Shown here: positions 63,151-64,000 of the stretch, in pieces | How positions within the stretch are numbered: the first letter of the stretch is position 1 | Layout: every line of letters begins with the position of its first letter | Origin: Camelus ferus | Taxonomy: Eukaryota | Assembly: GCF_009834535.1 (NCBI RefSeq) | Contig: NC_045696.1 | Location: forward strand, 73,100,001 to 73,164,000 | Reading direction: 5' to 3' | Length of the DNA: 64,000 nt | Program-made: the position numbers and the translations under genes | Notes under the pieces: model-generated | Database searches by the model: none | Seen by the model: the letters and a program-made list of their open reading frames with translations, nothing else | Told to the model about the DNA's origin: nothing

Positions 63151-63782
63151 TTTACATTGTTTAAAACTGACTTTCATGGTGTGGATGGTATTATTCCTTA
63201 GTGATTTTGGGAGTCTGTATATGATAAATATGGGAGAGGAAAAGAAAGGAAGAAAGTTTTCTATTTCTTTGTTACATAACCTATCTGAAATATTACTGTT
63301 AAAAACTATTCTTTGTGTATTCTGACTTCTTTCTTCACACATACCCTACTGACCTTGATACCTTCCTCCATCTTTTAGGTTCCTAGTGTCTTAATTAAAA
63401 AAAAAAATTCTCTGTGGAGCTCTACTTAGACCTTCAAAGTTCTTCATACTTCTCCCCCTGCCTATTCAAAGCAGCTACTACATTAGGATGTGTGGGAGTA
63501 TAAAACCACATTGAAGTCAAAGCAGTTCTTGCTAACATGTGAATGATGGATAGATACTGGATTCTTCTTTCATGTAAGCATTTTGAAAAACAAAAACAAC
63601 TCATTAACCTAAGTGAAAATGTAAGGATTAAAATTTCAGGCCTTGAAGCCATGTAAGTAAAGCAGATACTTTCCAGAGAAGCCTCAATGTATGAACAGAA
63701 AGGATTTTGAAACACATGTGATGGTGTTGTCTGTGAGATATAAGAGATTGTGTGGGCAGTTCTGCCTGAGAATAAACTTCTT

Positions 63783-63930
63783 CAGCGATTTTTAATTTGG
63801 GGGTGACAGTCATGGACCTCTTTGAAAGTATGTTGAAGGCTATCTGCTCCTTCCTCAGTTACATACAACCTTTTTGTATATTATTTCATGGAATTTATGA
63901 AACTTTGAGGAAACCATGCAGTTGAAAATT
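63783..63930. mobile_element. MER117-like hAT MITE
   Basis: gtcatggacctctttgaaagtatgttgaaggctat, tttttgtatattatttcatggaatttatg. Confidence 0.7.
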
Positions 63931-64000
63931 ATAAAACTCTGCCCCAAAGCTGCTGCTTTTTGGGGGGGAGCATGGACGTTTCCTTCCATTTCTAAGCAAG

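Noticed and set aside
1..64000. CRISPR array, operon or prokaryote-type defence system
   Set aside because: The sequence is mammalian non-coding DNA with no repeat-spacer array and no long ORFs

Overview
AT-rich mammalian genomic DNA with no supportable protein-coding gene. Three copies of a tRNA-Ala(AGC)-derived SINE of the camelid vic-1 type, plus the form of the young L1 3' ends, point to a camelid (camel/alpaca/llama). A large part of the window is decayed interspersed repeat (L1, L2, L3/CR1, MIR, Charlie1, MER5, MER58, MER104, MER117, Tigger2-type, MLT1). These repeats are separated by repeat-poor blocks that look like conserved non-coding sequence. Near 59-61 kb there is a cluster of minus-strand non-coding exons. 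The 115-nt exon at 59262-59376 matches, from my memory only, a distal exon of the lncRNA SOX2-OT. If so, the window is mostly intron of distal SOX2-OT in the SOX2 regulatory gene desert. The best leads are: a small ORF starting in that exon, a hairpin covering its branch point and alternative 3' splice sites, a possible antisense plus-strand spliced transcript, PBX-HOX/SOX motif-bearing enhancer candidates, and a SINE+L1 composite under one target-site duplication (TSD). Repeat names come from recognising consensus motifs by eye, and their boundaries are approximate.
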